A stretch of DNA of 64,000 nt, taken from an uncultured Actinomycetes bacterium. Its GTDB lineage: Bacteria; Actinomycetota; Actinomycetes; Streptosporangiales; Streptosporangiaceae. The notes under the pieces are model-generated. The model had not been told where the DNA came from. It ran no database searches and worked only from the letters and a program-made list of their open reading frames with translations. Position 1 is the first letter of the stretch; each line of letters begins with the position of its first letter. The stretch spans positions 3,771 through 67,770 of the forward strand of contig CAVSTQ010000029.1 of assembly GCA_963730825.1 (NCBI GenBank), read 5' to 3'. Below are positions 51,947 to 62,482 of this stretch, in pieces. Made by a program: the position numbers and the translations under genes.

Positions 51947-53092
51947 CTACCTGAGCATCTCCCTGGCGATCACCAGCTGCTGGATCTGGCTGGTGCCCTC
52001 GTAGATACGGAACAGCCGGACGTCGCGGTACAGCCGTTCCACCGCGATGCCGCGGATGTACCCGGACCCGCCGTGGATCTGGACCGCCCGGTCGGCGATC
52101 CGGCCCACGGCCTCACTGGCGAAGTACTTCGCCGCCGACGGGGCCAGCCGCCGGTCGGTGCCCGCGTCGTACCGCGCGGCGGCGTCGAGCACCAGCGCCC
52201 TGGCCGCCAGGTACTCCGTCTGCGAGTCCGCGAGCATGGCCTGGACCAGCTGGTAGTCGCCGATCGGGTGGCCGCCTTGGCGGCGTTCCCTGGCGTAGCC
52301 GACGCTTTCGTCGATCAGCCGGGCAGCCACCCCGACGCAGACGCCGGCGATCGTCAGCCGGCCGTGCGCCAGGCTGCGCATGGCGGTGGCGTAACCGGCC
52401 TGGGCCGCCTCACCCACCAGCGCGTCGGCCGGGACGCGGACGCCGGTGAACGCCACGTCCGCGGTCCACGCGCCCGCCTGGCCCATCTTGTGGTCCCTGG
52501 CCGCCACCGCGACCCCGTCCGTGCTCGCGGGCACGACGAACACGCCGATGCCCCGGCCCGGCGGTGCCTGCCGGTCGGTACGCGCGAACACCATGAATAC
52601 GTCGGCCGCCGGGGCGTTGGTGATGTACCGCTTGAGACCGTCGATGACCCAGCTGCCGTCCGGCTGCGGGTCCGCGGTAGTGGCCAGCCGGCTCGGGTCG
52701 GAGCCCGCGTCCGGCTCGGTCAGCGCGAACGAGGCGACCACCTCGCCGGAGGCCAGCCGCGGCAGCCACTGCTTGCGCTGCTGCGGTGTGCCCGCCGAGA
52801 CGAGCACCTGCCCGGCGATGCCGTTGTTGGTGCCGAACAGCGACCGGAACGCCGGGCTGGTGTAGCCGAGCTCGATGGCCACCCGCACCTGCTGCTCCAC
52901 CGACAGGCCGAGCCCGCCGTACTCGGCTGGCAGCGCGTAGCCGTACAGGCCCATCTCCTTGGCCTGCGCGATCAGCCGCGCCGGGATCTCGTCGGACTCG
53001 TCGATGCCCGCCTCGGCGGGCATCACCTCGCGCCGGACGAACTCAGCGACCACGCTGACAAGCTCGTCGAATTCCGCCGCGGTCACCGTCAT
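51947..53092 (-). CDS. acyl-CoA dehydrogenase
   Basis: ASFALTEPDAGSDPS, YITNA and IYEGTSQIQQLVIAR motifs. Confidence 0.9.
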   Translation of the reverse strand: MTVTAAEFDELVSVVAEFVRREVMPAEAGIDESDEIPARLIAQAKEMGLYGYALPAEYGGLGLSVEQQVRVAIELGYTSPAFRSLFGTNNGIAGQVLVSAGTPQQRKQWLPRLASGEVVASFALTEPDAGSDPSRLATTADPQPDGSWVIDGLKRYITNAPAADVFMVFARTDRQAPPGRGIGVFVVPASTDGVAVAARDHKMGQAGAWTADVAFTGVRVPADALVGEAAQAGYATAMRSLAHGRLTIAGVCVGVAARLIDESVGYARERRQGGHPIGDYQLVQAMLADSQTEYLAARALVLDAAARYDAGTDRRLAPSAAKYFASEAVGRIADRAVQIHGGSGYIRGIAVERLYRDVRLFRIYEGTSQIQQLVIAREMLR

Positions 53093-53142
53093 CTGGGGCC
53101 CCCTTCTCGACGAGCCTGCCCGCTCCAGCGTAGCTTCAGCCC

Positions 53143-54468
53143 ATGACACCGACGAAGCCGATCAACCCCGACGCGTCCGGCGAAACCGGCGCCGCCCTGC
53201 TCCCGCTGTTTCCCGAGCACAGCTCGGTCTCGCCCGCCGGGGAACTGGCCATCGGCGGTGTCGGCGTCACCGAGCTCGCCGAACGATTCGGTACCCCCGC
53301 CTACATCGTGGACGAGGCGGGGCTGGTGAACCAGGCCCGCGGCCTGCGCGACGGACTCGCCGGCCGCCGCCCGGAGTCCGAGGTGGTGTTCGCGTCGAAG
53401 TCGTTCCCGTGCGTGGCGGCGTACAAGGTGATGGCGGCCTGCGGCCTGGCCATCGACGTCGCCGGGGCCGGCGAGCTGGTGATGGCGCTGGCCGCGGGCG
53501 TCCCCGCCGACCGCATGTACCTGCACGGGAACGCCAAGACCACGCCGGAGCTGGCGATGGCGCTGGCCGCGGGTGTCGGGACCGTGGTGGTGGACAACGC
53601 CGACGACATCGACCGGCTCGAGCAGCTGGCCACCCGGCCGCAGCGGGTGCTGCTCCGGATCATCCCTGGGATCTCGCCGATCACCCACGAATCGCAGTCC
53701 ACCGGCGGTGACGACTCCAAGTTCGGGCTGCCCGCCGACCAGGCCCGGGCGGCCATCGCCCGGATCCGGGCCAGTGACCAGCTGCGCCTGGACGGCCTGC
53801 ACCTGCACATCGGATCGCAGATCCTGGACACCGAGCCGTTCGGCCGGGCGGTGCAGGTGCTCGGATCGCTGGCCGGCCTGGGCACGTTCGGCGTCTACGA
53901 TGTCGGCGGCGGACTCGGGGTCCGCTACACCCGCCGCGACCAGGCGCCGTCCGTCGAGGCCTACCTCGACACCGTGGCCGCGGCCGCGGCCAGGTACCTG
54001 CCGGCCGGCGCCAGGCTCGTCATCGAGCCGGGCCGCAGCCTGGTCGCCCGCTCATGCGTCACGCTGTACCGGGTGACCACGGTCAAGCGCACCGGCCGGA
54101 CGTTCGCCGCGGTCGACGGCGGCATGGCCGACAACCTGGACGCCGCGCTGACCGGCCAGCCCTTCGAGGCCGCCCTCGCCACCCGGATGACCGAACCTCC
54201 CGCTGAGCTCGTGGACGTGGTCGGGCGCCAGTGCGAGTCCGGTGACCTGCTGGTGGGCGGGATCGCGCTGCCGGCTCCGGCGGTCGGCGACCTGCTGGCC
54301 ATGCCGGTCACCGGCGCGTACACCTACACGATGGCCAACAACTACAACGGCGCGCTGCGGCCGCCGATCGTGTTCTGTGCCGACGGGCGGGCCCGGCTCG
54401 CCGCCGAGCGGGAGACCCACGAGCACGTGCTGGCCCTGCACCGGCCCGCCCTGGACCCCGGCTGGTAA
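53143..54468 (+). CDS. lysA: diaminopimelate decarboxylase (PLP, fold type III)
   Basis: GTPAYIVDE, ASKSF, HLHIGSQ, DVGGGLG, EPGRSLV and CESGD motifs. Intact 441 aa. Confidence 0.85.
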   Translation: MTPTKPINPDASGETGAALLPLFPEHSSVSPAGELAIGGVGVTELAERFGTPAYIVDEAGLVNQARGLRDGLAGRRPESEVVFASKSFPCVAAYKVMAACGLAIDVAGAGELVMALAAGVPADRMYLHGNAKTTPELAMALAAGVGTVVVDNADDIDRLEQLATRPQRVLLRIIPGISPITHESQSTGGDDSKFGLPADQARAAIARIRASDQLRLDGLHLHIGSQILDTEPFGRAVQVLGSLAGLGTFGVYDVGGGLGVRYTRRDQAPSVEAYLDTVAAAAARYLPAGARLVIEPGRSLVARSCVTLYRVTTVKRTGRTFAAVDGGMADNLDAALTGQPFEAALATRMTEPPAELVDVVGRQCESGDLLVGGIALPAPAVGDLLAMPVTGAYTYTMANNYNGALRPPIVFCADGRARLAAERETHEHVLALHRPALDPGW

Positions 54469-54474
54469 CCGCGC

Positions 54475-55122
54475 CTAGGTCAGCCGGCGTTCGGTGGCCC
54501 ACCTGGTCAGCTGGTGCCGGGTGGACAGCTGCAGCTTGCGCAGCACGGACGATACGTGGCTCTCCACCGTCTTGACCGAGATGAACAGCTCGCGGGCGAT
54601 TTCCTTGTACGTGTAGCCCTGCGCGATCAGCCGGAGCACCTCCCGCTCCCGGCTGGTCAGCTGGTCGAGTTCGGGGTCGAAGGCCGGTTTCACCTCGCCC
54701 GCGGCGGGGGCCGCGGCAAAGGCGTCCAGGACGAACCCGGCCAGCCGGTGCGAGAACACCGCGTCCCCGGCCGCGACCCGGCGGACCGCGTCGGCCAGCT
54801 CGGCGGTGGAGATCGTCTTGGTCACGTAGCCGCGGGCCCCGGCCCTGATCACCGCGATCACGTCCTCCGGGGCGTCCGAGGCGGACAGCGCCAGAAAGCG
54901 CACCTGCGGGTGGTCGGCCTTGATCGCCTGGACCACGGCCTGGCCGCCGCCGCCGGGCAGGTGCACGTCGAGCAGCACCACGTCGGGCAGGAGCTCGGCG
55001 ATCAGCGCGATCGCGGGCTGCACGTCCTCCGCCTCGCCCACCACGTCGACCTGCGGGCCGAGCTCGGCCCGCACCCCGGACCGGAACAGCCCGTGATCGT
55101 CGACGAGCACCACCCGGGTCAT
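54475..55122 (-). CDS. LuxR/NarL-family response regulator
   Basis: VVLVDDH...LLDVHLPGGGG receiver domain and LTSREREVLRLIAQGYTYKEIA HTH. ATGA overlap with the kinase stop. Confidence 0.9.
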   Translation of the reverse strand: MTRVVLVDDHGLFRSGVRAELGPQVDVVGEAEDVQPAIALIAELLPDVVLLDVHLPGGGGQAVVQAIKADHPQVRFLALSASDAPEDVIAVIRAGARGYVTKTISTAELADAVRRVAAGDAVFSHRLAGFVLDAFAAAPAAGEVKPAFDPELDQLTSREREVLRLIAQGYTYKEIARELFISVKTVESHVSSVLRKLQLSTRHQLTRWATERRLT

Positions 55123-56432
55123 GTCGTGTCCCGGGCGGCCAGCACCGGCTTGGCGGTGACGGGCAGGCTCAGCGTGACCTTGGTGCCTTCGCCCGGGGCG
55201 GTGCTGACGGTCACGGTGCCACCCCGGCGGGTCATCCGGCCGTGGATGGATTCGGCCAGCCCCTTGCGGTCGGCCGGCACCGCCTGCGGGTCGAAGCCCC
55301 GGCCGCGATCCCGCACGACCAGCGACACCCCGGTCGGCTCGACCTCGGCGAACAGCGAGATGACATCGGCCCCGGACCATTTCGCCGCGTTGACCGTCGC
55401 CTCCCGGGCGGCGGCGAGCAGCGCGTTCAGGTCGTCGTCGAGTTCGCCGTCGCCGACGGTCACGGCCTCGACCGGGACCTCGTACCTGGCCTCGACGTCC
55501 TGCTGGATCTGCCGGACCCCGGCCGCGAACGTGCAGGCCGCGTCGGTGCCGTCCGGGTTGCGCCCCTCGAACAGCCAGGTGCGCAGCTCGCGTTCCTGCT
55601 GCCGGGCGAGCTGGATGACCTTGGCCGGGTCGTCCGCCCGCCGCTGGATCAGGGCCAGCGTCTGCAGCACCGAGTCGTGCACCCGGGCGGCGATGTCGGC
55701 GCGTTCTTCGGCCCGGACCCTGGCCTGCCGTTCCAGCACCAGGTCGCGCGCGATCCGCAGCCACCACGGCCCGAGGAACAGCACGATGGCCGCGAACACC
55801 AGCGTGACGCCGCCCAGCGGCCGCAGCAAGGCCAGGCTCGCGTGCGCCGAGAACAGCCAGCCCGCGCCGCCGAACAGCAGCAAGGTCGCGATCGTCAGCC
55901 GGATCACCGACCACCGGCGCCAGCCCGCCGCGCCCGGCTGGCCGGCCGCCCCGTCCAGCGGCTCCACCAGGCGGCGCAGCACGGCCTGTTCCTCGGCCGG
56001 AGCGTTCCGCCAGATCAGCACCAGACCGGCCACGCTGATCACCTGCGGCCACACCCAGCCGGTGAGCCAGCCGTCGCCGAGCGTGCGGGCCACCAGCAGC
56101 ATCAGGATGAGCAGCGAGGCCAGCCCGGCCGCGAGCCGGATGCCGCGCGCGTCGGACTTGGCCCGGCTGGCGATATTGCCGTCGGCCCCGGCCATCGGGA
56201 TCAGCAGCCAGGCCAGCACGTACAGGGCCGGCGCGACTCCGCTGGTCGGCACGGTCAGCAGGACGAACGCGATCCGCACGGCGGTGACGTTGATGCACCG
56301 CCACCCGGCGATCCCGGCGGCCACGCCGCCGGCCAGGCGGTCGGTGGGGTCGCGGCGCAGCGGACCGCCATGCCCGCGCCGGTTCCTGTGCCGGAAAGGG
56401 TCATGCTGGTGCCAGCGTGCCGGATGGTCCAC
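55119..56432 (-). CDS. PspC-domain sensor histidine kinase
   Basis: N-terminal PspC motif (LAGGVAAGIAGW...VRIAFVLLTV), TM block, H-box ARVHDSVLQTL and HATPase_c (VVRDRGRGF). Confidence 0.85.
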   Translation of the reverse strand: MDHPARWHQHDPFRHRNRRGHGGPLRRDPTDRLAGGVAAGIAGWRCINVTAVRIAFVLLTVPTSGVAPALYVLAWLLIPMAGADGNIASRAKSDARGIRLAAGLASLLILMLLVARTLGDGWLTGWVWPQVISVAGLVLIWRNAPAEEQAVLRRLVEPLDGAAGQPGAAGWRRWSVIRLTIATLLLFGGAGWLFSAHASLALLRPLGGVTLVFAAIVLFLGPWWLRIARDLVLERQARVRAEERADIAARVHDSVLQTLALIQRRADDPAKVIQLARQQERELRTWLFEGRNPDGTDAACTFAAGVRQIQQDVEARYEVPVEAVTVGDGELDDDLNALLAAAREATVNAAKWSGADVISLFAEVEPTGVSLVVRDRGRGFDPQAVPADRKGLAESIHGRMTRRGGTVTVSTAPGEGTKVTLSLPVTAKPVLAARDTT

Positions 56433-56573
56433 GTTCCCATCATCGCCCCCCGCAGCCGGAACTGGCTATCCGGGACAACCCTGACCCCGACCCTGACCCG
56501 GCCCGCGGTAATCAGGGGAGCGGCGGGGATCTTCCCGATGTGCGCGGGTGACCCGCGCAGGCAAGCTAAAGCC

Positions 56574-56939
56574 ATGAACACCACCACTGAGAACCCAGAA
56601 GACCTCACCACCGAGTCCGGCCCCCGCACCGGCCCCCACGCCGAGTCCGGCCCCCGCACCGGCCCCGGCGGCGGTTTCCCGTTCGGCTACCAGCCCGAGC
56701 CAGCCGCTCTGCGCCGCTCCTGCCACGACCGCATGCTGGCGGGCGTGGCGGCGGGCACCGCCCGCTACTTCGGCGTCGACGTGACCATCGTCCGGATCGC
56801 CTTCGTGCTGCTGACCGTCATGGGCGGCGCGGGTGTCCCGCTCTACCTGGCCGGCCTGCTGCTCATCCCCGAAGAGGGCAGCGACGTGTCCATCGCCAGC
56901 TCGTTCGTCGAATCCCTGCAGTCCCGGTCCCGTTCCTGA
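56574..56939 (+). CDS. PspC-domain membrane protein
   Basis: MLAGVAAGTARYFGVDVTIVRIAFVLLTV. N-terminal ESGPRTGP x2 repeat. Divergent from the kinase. Confidence 0.8.
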   Translation: MNTTTENPEDLTTESGPRTGPHAESGPRTGPGGGFPFGYQPEPAALRRSCHDRMLAGVAAGTARYFGVDVTIVRIAFVLLTVMGGAGVPLYLAGLLLIPEEGSDVSIASSFVESLQSRSRS

Positions 56940-56953
56940 AAGGAGAAGGCATC

Positions 56954-57442
56954 ATGCCCACCTCATCAAGTCAGTCCTGGCCGCGAGGCTTCTCGCCGCT
57001 GTTCCGCAATCTGTCCTCCGATCAGCATCTACGCGTCTCCGACGCCGAGCGCCAGGCGGTCGCCGACCGCCTGGGCGAGCACTACGCCGACGGCCGCCTG
57101 GACCAGGCCGAGCTGGACGAGCGGGTCGGCCGCGCGATGAGCGCCAAGACCCGGGCGGACCTCGGCGGCCTGTTCGACGACCTGCCGGACGGGTTCGGCC
57201 CGCAGGATTTCGGACCCGCCGGGGCCACCGGGCCTACCGGGGCCACCGGGCCCGCGCCGATGCCGATGCGCCCGATGCGCTCCCGGTACGGGCACCGTCA
57301 CCCGGTGCTGCTGATCGTGCTCGCCGTCTTCGCCGTCACCGCGGTCGCCCACGCCCCGTGGCTGTGGCTCGGATTCGTGTTCGCGGTCCTGTTCCTGGCC
57401 ACCCGCGGCGCCCGTCGCCCCCACCCCAGCCACGACCACTAA
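56954..57442 (+). CDS. DUF1707-domain membrane protein
   Basis: LRVSDAERQAVADRLGEHYADGRLDQAELDERV motif plus two C-terminal TM helices. Confidence 0.8.
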   Translation: MPTSSSQSWPRGFSPLFRNLSSDQHLRVSDAERQAVADRLGEHYADGRLDQAELDERVGRAMSAKTRADLGGLFDDLPDGFGPQDFGPAGATGPTGATGPAPMPMRPMRSRYGHRHPVLLIVLAVFAVTAVAHAPWLWLGFVFAVLFLATRGARRPHPSHDH

Positions 57443-57555
57443 CCCCAGCCCGCGACCCCGCCCAGCCCGCAGAACCCCAGCCCCACCCGTCCCCCCCACC
57501 CCGCTCGCCCCTCAGTCCTCAGCCCTGGCCCTCACCCGGCCGGGCTGCGGCCGCC

Positions 57556-57630
57556 CTGGAGTCGGTACAAAGTCCCATTGTGCCGACTCCAGCCGGCACA
57601 GAGTGCCATCGTGCCGGCTGGCCCTGGGAC
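57556..57630 (+). repeat. dispersed hairpin-rich repeat, copy B
   Basis: Two consecutive perfect stems: GGAGTCGG...CCGACTCC (8 bp) and CCAGCCGGCAC...GTGCCGGCTGG (11 bp). Homologous to copy A in inverted orientation and preceded by a C-rich tract (57420-57540). Confidence 0.75.
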
Positions 57631-57725
57631 ACACCAGCACCATCCGCCTCATCAGCCGCACGTACCACCACCACGACCGGGCTGCCGCCCCTGACGGGAC
57701 GGGCCCACCGGCGGCTCCAGGGACA

Positions 57726-57777
57726 GGCCCGAGGCGATGCAGGTCCCGAGGCGATGCGGGCCCCGAGGCGATGACGG
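57726..57777 (+). repeat. 17-bp tandem repeat x3 (GNCCCGAGGCGATGNNG)
   Basis: Read directly: ggcccgaggcgatgcag / gtcccgaggcgatgcgg / gccccgaggcgatgacgg. Confidence 0.85.
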
Positions 57778-58120
57778 GTCAGCCGCTACCGCGACGCCCC
57801 GTATCCGGCTGGATCTCGTCCGGCCCGGACCGTCTGCGCTGAACCCACCGCCGGTACTCCCGGTGTGACGGCGCTGAGCGACCGAGTTCCACCGATCCGA
57901 ACCCGTCGACCGGAAAGCCCATAAAGCGCTGCGACTCTTCACCCGTCCGAGCCGTCCAGCCGCCCCAGCCGCCCCAGCCGCCCCGCCCGGATTGCCCGCG
58001 CCAGGCGGCCTGCCAGTCCCGACCGGGAAGCCGAGGAACCGGTTCGGCTCCTCTCGCTGCGCGGCCGCCATCGCCAGGTTTCATCCGGCCATCCTAGGCG
58101 CCGGGACGGGGATCTCCGTA

Positions 58121-58433
58121 GTGCTGGGCGGCGGCGGGATAACCGAGCAGGACAGCGCGGTGCTCGGCGGCGGGGGAATGGCCGAGCAGGACAGCGCGGT
58201 GCTGGGCGGCGGCGGAATGGCCGAGCACGAAGCCAGCGCGGTGCTGGGCGGCGGGGGAATAGCCGAGCACGAAGCAAGCGCGGTGCTGGGCGGCGGGGGG
58301 ATGGCCGAGCACGAAGCAAGCGCGGTGCTGGGCGGCGGCGGGATAGCCGAGCACGAAGCAGCGCGGTGCTGGGCGGCGGCGGGATAGCCGAGCACGAAGC
58401 CAGCGCGGTGCTCGGCGGCGGCGGGATGGCCGG
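58121..58433 (+). repeat. minisatellite: 7.5 copies of a 39-42 bp unit
   Basis: Units GTGCTSGGCGGCGGSGGRATRRCCGAGCAS(GAC/GAAGCM)AGCGCG with lengths 39, 39, 42, 42, 42, 41 and 42, plus a partial unit. Lies upstream of the kinase gene. Confidence 0.9.
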
Positions 58434-58563
58434 GCCGAGTTCCATACCTCTCATGGTGCGGCTAATTTCGCTGTTTGGTAAGTGTCGGGCCAGATATACC
58501 CGGGCGGCGTGCCCCGAGTCAGTACCGTGGCGGGAACGACAGCCGGGGGAGGGGGGCGCGCGG

Positions 58564-59468
58564 ATGGCGGAACTTGACGCCCTCTTCGACCGGACCGCGA
58601 GCCTGTCCGCCAGGCCGCGCCGGGTCCGCGCCTTGCCAGGCGGCCTGACCAACCAGAACTACCAGGTGAGCACCCCGGCCGGAGACTTCGTCGCGCGTAT
58701 CTCAGCGGACGGCAGCGACCTGCTCGCCATCGACCGGGACTGCGAGTACCGCAACTCGGTCACCGCGGCCGCGGCCGGGGCCGGACCGCCGGTCATCGAG
58801 TACCGCCCGCAGGACCGCCTGCTGGTCATCGGCTACATCGAGGGACGCACGCTGGGCCAGGAAGACATGGCAACGACAACATCGCGCGGGTGGCCGCCGC
58901 GTGCCGGCGGCTGCACGCGGGCGCCCGGTTCGGCAACGACTTCGACATGTTCGACATCCAGCGGCGTTACCTGTCGGCGGCCACCACCGGCGGTTTCCGC
59001 ATCCCGGCCGGTTACGACGAGCTGCGACCCCAGCTGGCCGCGGCCGAAAAAGCGCTCGCCGCCCGCCCGAGCCAAACGGTCCCGTGCCACAACGACCTGC
59101 TGGCCGCCAACTTCGTCGACGACGGGGACCGGCTCTGGCTGATCGACTACGAGCTGTCGGGCAACAACGACCCCTGCTTTGAGCTCGGCAACATCTGGGC
59201 CGAGTCCCGGCTGACGGCCGACGCCCTGACCGAGCTGGTCACCGCCTACTACGGCAGGCCTCGCACCGCCAAAATCGCCAGGGCCCGGCTGCTCGGCCTG
59301 GTCGGCATGTACGGCTGGACCCTGTGGGGCGCGATCCAGCACGCGGTGAGCCCGATCGAGTTCGACTTCTGGTCCTGGGCGATGGAGCGCTTCGAAGGCG
59401 CGGCCGCGGGCCTGACCGCCGCGAGCTTTCCCGGCCTGCTCGACCAGGTCCAGCACGATGCACGATGA
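58564..59468 (+). CDS. choline/ethanolamine-kinase-like phosphotransferase, frame-broken
   Basis: LPGGLTNQNYQV, HNDLLAANFV and LIDYELSG motifs, with a one-base indel near 58868. Confidence 0.75.
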
Positions 59469-61953
59469 CTGACAACCGCCGTTGCCACGACGCGCGCCCG
59501 CGTCGTGATCATCGGCGGCGGCGTGATCGGCACCAGCGTCGCCTACCACCTGGCCCAGCTGGGCTGGACCGACGTGCTGCTGCTCGAGCAGGGCCAGCTG
59601 TCCTGCGGCACCACCTGGCACGCGGCCGGCCTGGTCGGCCAGCTCCGCGCCACGCAGAACGGTACCCGCCTCGTCCAGTACTCCATGGAGCTGTACGCCC
59701 GGCTGGAGGAGGAGACCGGCCTGTCGGCCGGTTTCCGGCGCTGCGGCGGCCTCACCGTGGCCCGGACCGCGGACCGCCTCACCCAGCTGAAACGGACGGC
59801 CGCCACCGCCGCGGCCTATCAGCTGGACTGCGAGCTGCTCAGCCCGCGGCAAGCCGGCCAAAGGTACCCGCTGCTGGCCACCGGCGACCTGACCGGGGCG
59901 ATCTGGCTGCCCGGTGACGGCCGGGCCAACCCGACGGACCTGACCGCCGCGCTGGCCCGCGGCGCCCGCGCCCGCGGTGTCACCATCCGCGAGCGCACCC
60001 GGGTCACCGGCATCCTCACCCAAGACAAGACCCAAGGCAAAGCCGTGACCGGGGTCAGGACCGATCAGGGCGACGTCGAAGCTGAGGTGGTGGTCAACTG
60101 CGCGGGCCAGTGGGCCAAGCAGGTCGGCGCGCTGGCCGGGGTGACCGTGCCGCTGCATTCGGCCGAGCACTTCTACGTGGTCACCGAGCAGCTCGACGGG
60201 GTGCACCGCGACCTGCCCATCCTGCGCGACCCGGATGGCTACACCTACGTCAAGGAAGAGGTGGGCGGCCTGCTGGTCGGCGGGTTCGAGCCCGAGGCCA
60301 AGCCCTGGGTCGCGCCCGACCAGCTGCCTTACCCGTTCGAGTTCCAGCTGCTCGGCGAGGACTGGGATCACTTCGCCATCTTGATGGACAGCGCCATCAC
60401 CCGGATCCCGGCGCTGGCACAGGCCGGGATCAAGAAGTTCTACAACGGCCCGGAGAGCTTCACCCCGGACAACCAGTTCATCCTGGGCGAAGCGGCGGAG
60501 CTGCGGAACTTCTTTGTCGGCGCGGGCTTCAACTCGGTCGGCATCGCGTCCGCGGGCGGGGCGGGCCGGGCGCTGGCCGAGTGGATCGTCGAGGGCGAGC
60601 CGGCCCTGGACGCCTCCGCCGTCGACATCCGCCGCTTCGCCCGGTTCCACGGGAACAACCAGTGGCTGCGCGACCGGGTCAGCGAGGTGCTTGGCCTGCA
60701 CTACGCGGTGCCCTGGCCGAACCGGGAGCTGACCAGCGCCCGGCCGTTCCGCCGGTCCCCGGCCTACCATCTGCTCAAAAAAGCCAACGCTTGTTTCGGC
60801 AGCCAAAATGGGCTGGGAACGGGCCAACTTCTTCGCGCCGCCCGGCGAAAACCCGGTCATCGAGTACGGCTGGGGTCAGCAGAACTGGCAGCCCTGGTCC
60901 TGCGCCGAGCAGCGCGCCGCCCGCACCGGCGTGGCCCTGTTCGACCAGACCAGCTTCGCCAAGTACCGGCTGTCCGGCCCGGACGCCGAAGCGGCGCTGC
61001 AGTGGCTGTGCACCGCCGACGTCGCCGTGGCCCCCGGCCGGACCGTCTACACCGGCATGCTCGGCGCGCGCGGCACCTATCAGGCCGACATCACCGTGAC
61101 CCGGCTGTCCGCCGATGAGTTCCTGCTGGTCAGCAGCGCCGCCTCCGCGACCAGGGACCAGGATCACATCGCCAGGCAGCTGCCCGCCGGGGCCCGCGCG
61201 GCGCTGGCCGACGTCACCTCCGGCTACGCCGTCTACGGCGTCATGGGTCCCCGGTCGCGGGCCCTGCTGTCCCGGCTGTCCCGGGCTGACTTCGGCGACG
61301 CGGCGTTCCCCTTTGGCTCAAGCCGCGAGGTCGACCTCGGCTACGCCACCGTCCGCGCGACCAGGATCAGCTATGTCGGGGAGCTCGGCTGGGAGCTGTA
61401 CGTGCCCGCCGAATTCGCCGTCGGCGTCTACGAAGACCTGGTCCGGGTCGGCGCCGATCTCGGCCTGGTCAACGCGGGCTACTACGCGCTGGAGTCGATG
61501 CGGCTGGAAAAGGCGTACCGGGCCTTCGGCCGCGAGCTGACCCCGGACGACAACCCGGTCCAGGCCGGCCTGCTGTTCGCCTGCAAGCTCGGCACCAGCC
61601 TCGGGTTCCTCGGCCGGGAAGCCGTCGAGCAGGCGCGCGCGGCCGGCCCTCGCCGCAGGTGCGTCTCGCTCGTGCTGGCCGCCGATCCCGGCGCCATGCT
61701 CTGGGGCGGCGAGCTGGTGCTGCGGGACGGGGTCGCGGTCGGCCAGGTGACCTCGGGCGCGTGGGGCGAGGCGGTGGGCGGCTGCGTCGGCCTGGCCTAC
61801 GTCCGTCACCCGGACGGCGGCGTGCTCACCCGCGAGGCCGCCCGGGCCGGCCAGTACCAGGTCAACGTGGCCGGTGAGCTTTACCCCGCCACCGTCTACC
61901 TGCGCCCGCCCTTCGACCCGGCCGGCCACCGGCTCAAGGGCCGCTATCCTTAG
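59465..61953 (+). CDS. FAD-dependent oxidoreductase fused to a GcvT-like folate-binding domain (dimethylglycine/sarcosine oxidase-dehydrogenase family), at least two frame breaks
   Basis: ATG overlaps the kinase stop (ATGA). VIIGGGVIGTSVAYHL dinucleotide fold. C-terminal YVGELGWELY aminomethyltransferase motif. Switches near 59480 and 60806. Confidence 0.8.
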
Positions 61954-62402
61954 GTGGACAGCACCGTGATATCGGTGCGGCCGACCCGCACCTTGTCGCC
62001 CTTTTTCAGCAGCTGAGCCTCGTAAATGCGGCGCCCGTTAAGCCAGGTGCCGTTGGTGGAGCTGAGGTCCTTGACGTACCACAGGCCATGGGCGAACTGG
62101 AACAGGGCGTGGTGGCCGGACGCCCGGTCGTCCTTGACCGGCAGGTTTCCCACCCGGCCCGCGGTGAAATCGGTGTCAAAGACCCGGGTCTGGTCTCCGG
62201 CCTGGACGACCAGCGACTGCTTGGCCCGCCCGTCGGCCAGGGTGGCATCCTCCGGGCTGGTCACGGCGGTCACCGCCGCCTTCCAGGCCTTCTTTTCCTG
62301 TTCTGTGGTGTCCTCCCAGCTCGGCAGCGACGCGGGGTTCGCGCCGCGGTGGGCTTCATAGGCGGTTCGCGCCAGGCGATCGAGGTCGGTGCTGCTCACC
62401 AT
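61950..62402 (-). CDS. FHA-domain protein
   Basis: GRVGNLPVKDDRASGHHALFQF...DLSSTNGTWLNGRRI...GDKVRVG. Confidence 0.8.
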   Translation of the reverse strand: MVSSTDLDRLARTAYEAHRGANPASLPSWEDTTEQEKKAWKAAVTAVTSPEDATLADGRAKQSLVVQAGDQTRVFDTDFTAGRVGNLPVKDDRASGHHALFQFAHGLWYVKDLSSTNGTWLNGRRIYEAQLLKKGDKVRVGRTDITVLST

Positions 62403-62482
62403 TCGATGATGCCAGAGCGCCGCGGCCCCCACCGACGAGTCTTTTTATTCCGAACGGACCGGGCTGCGTGCCCCAGGCCCCG

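Noticed and set aside
58121-58433. Possible CRISPR array.
   Set aside because: The units abut each other with no unique spacers. Unit-to-unit variation is point substitution only, and no cas genes are nearby. It is a tandem minisatellite.
57939-58652. Minus-strand ORFs reading the minisatellite as a Pro-rich repeat protein (AIPPPPSTALASCS units).
   Set aside because: No signal peptide, start context or flanking non-repeat domain, and a frame break at the 41-nt unit. Kept only as an alternative in the repeat finding.
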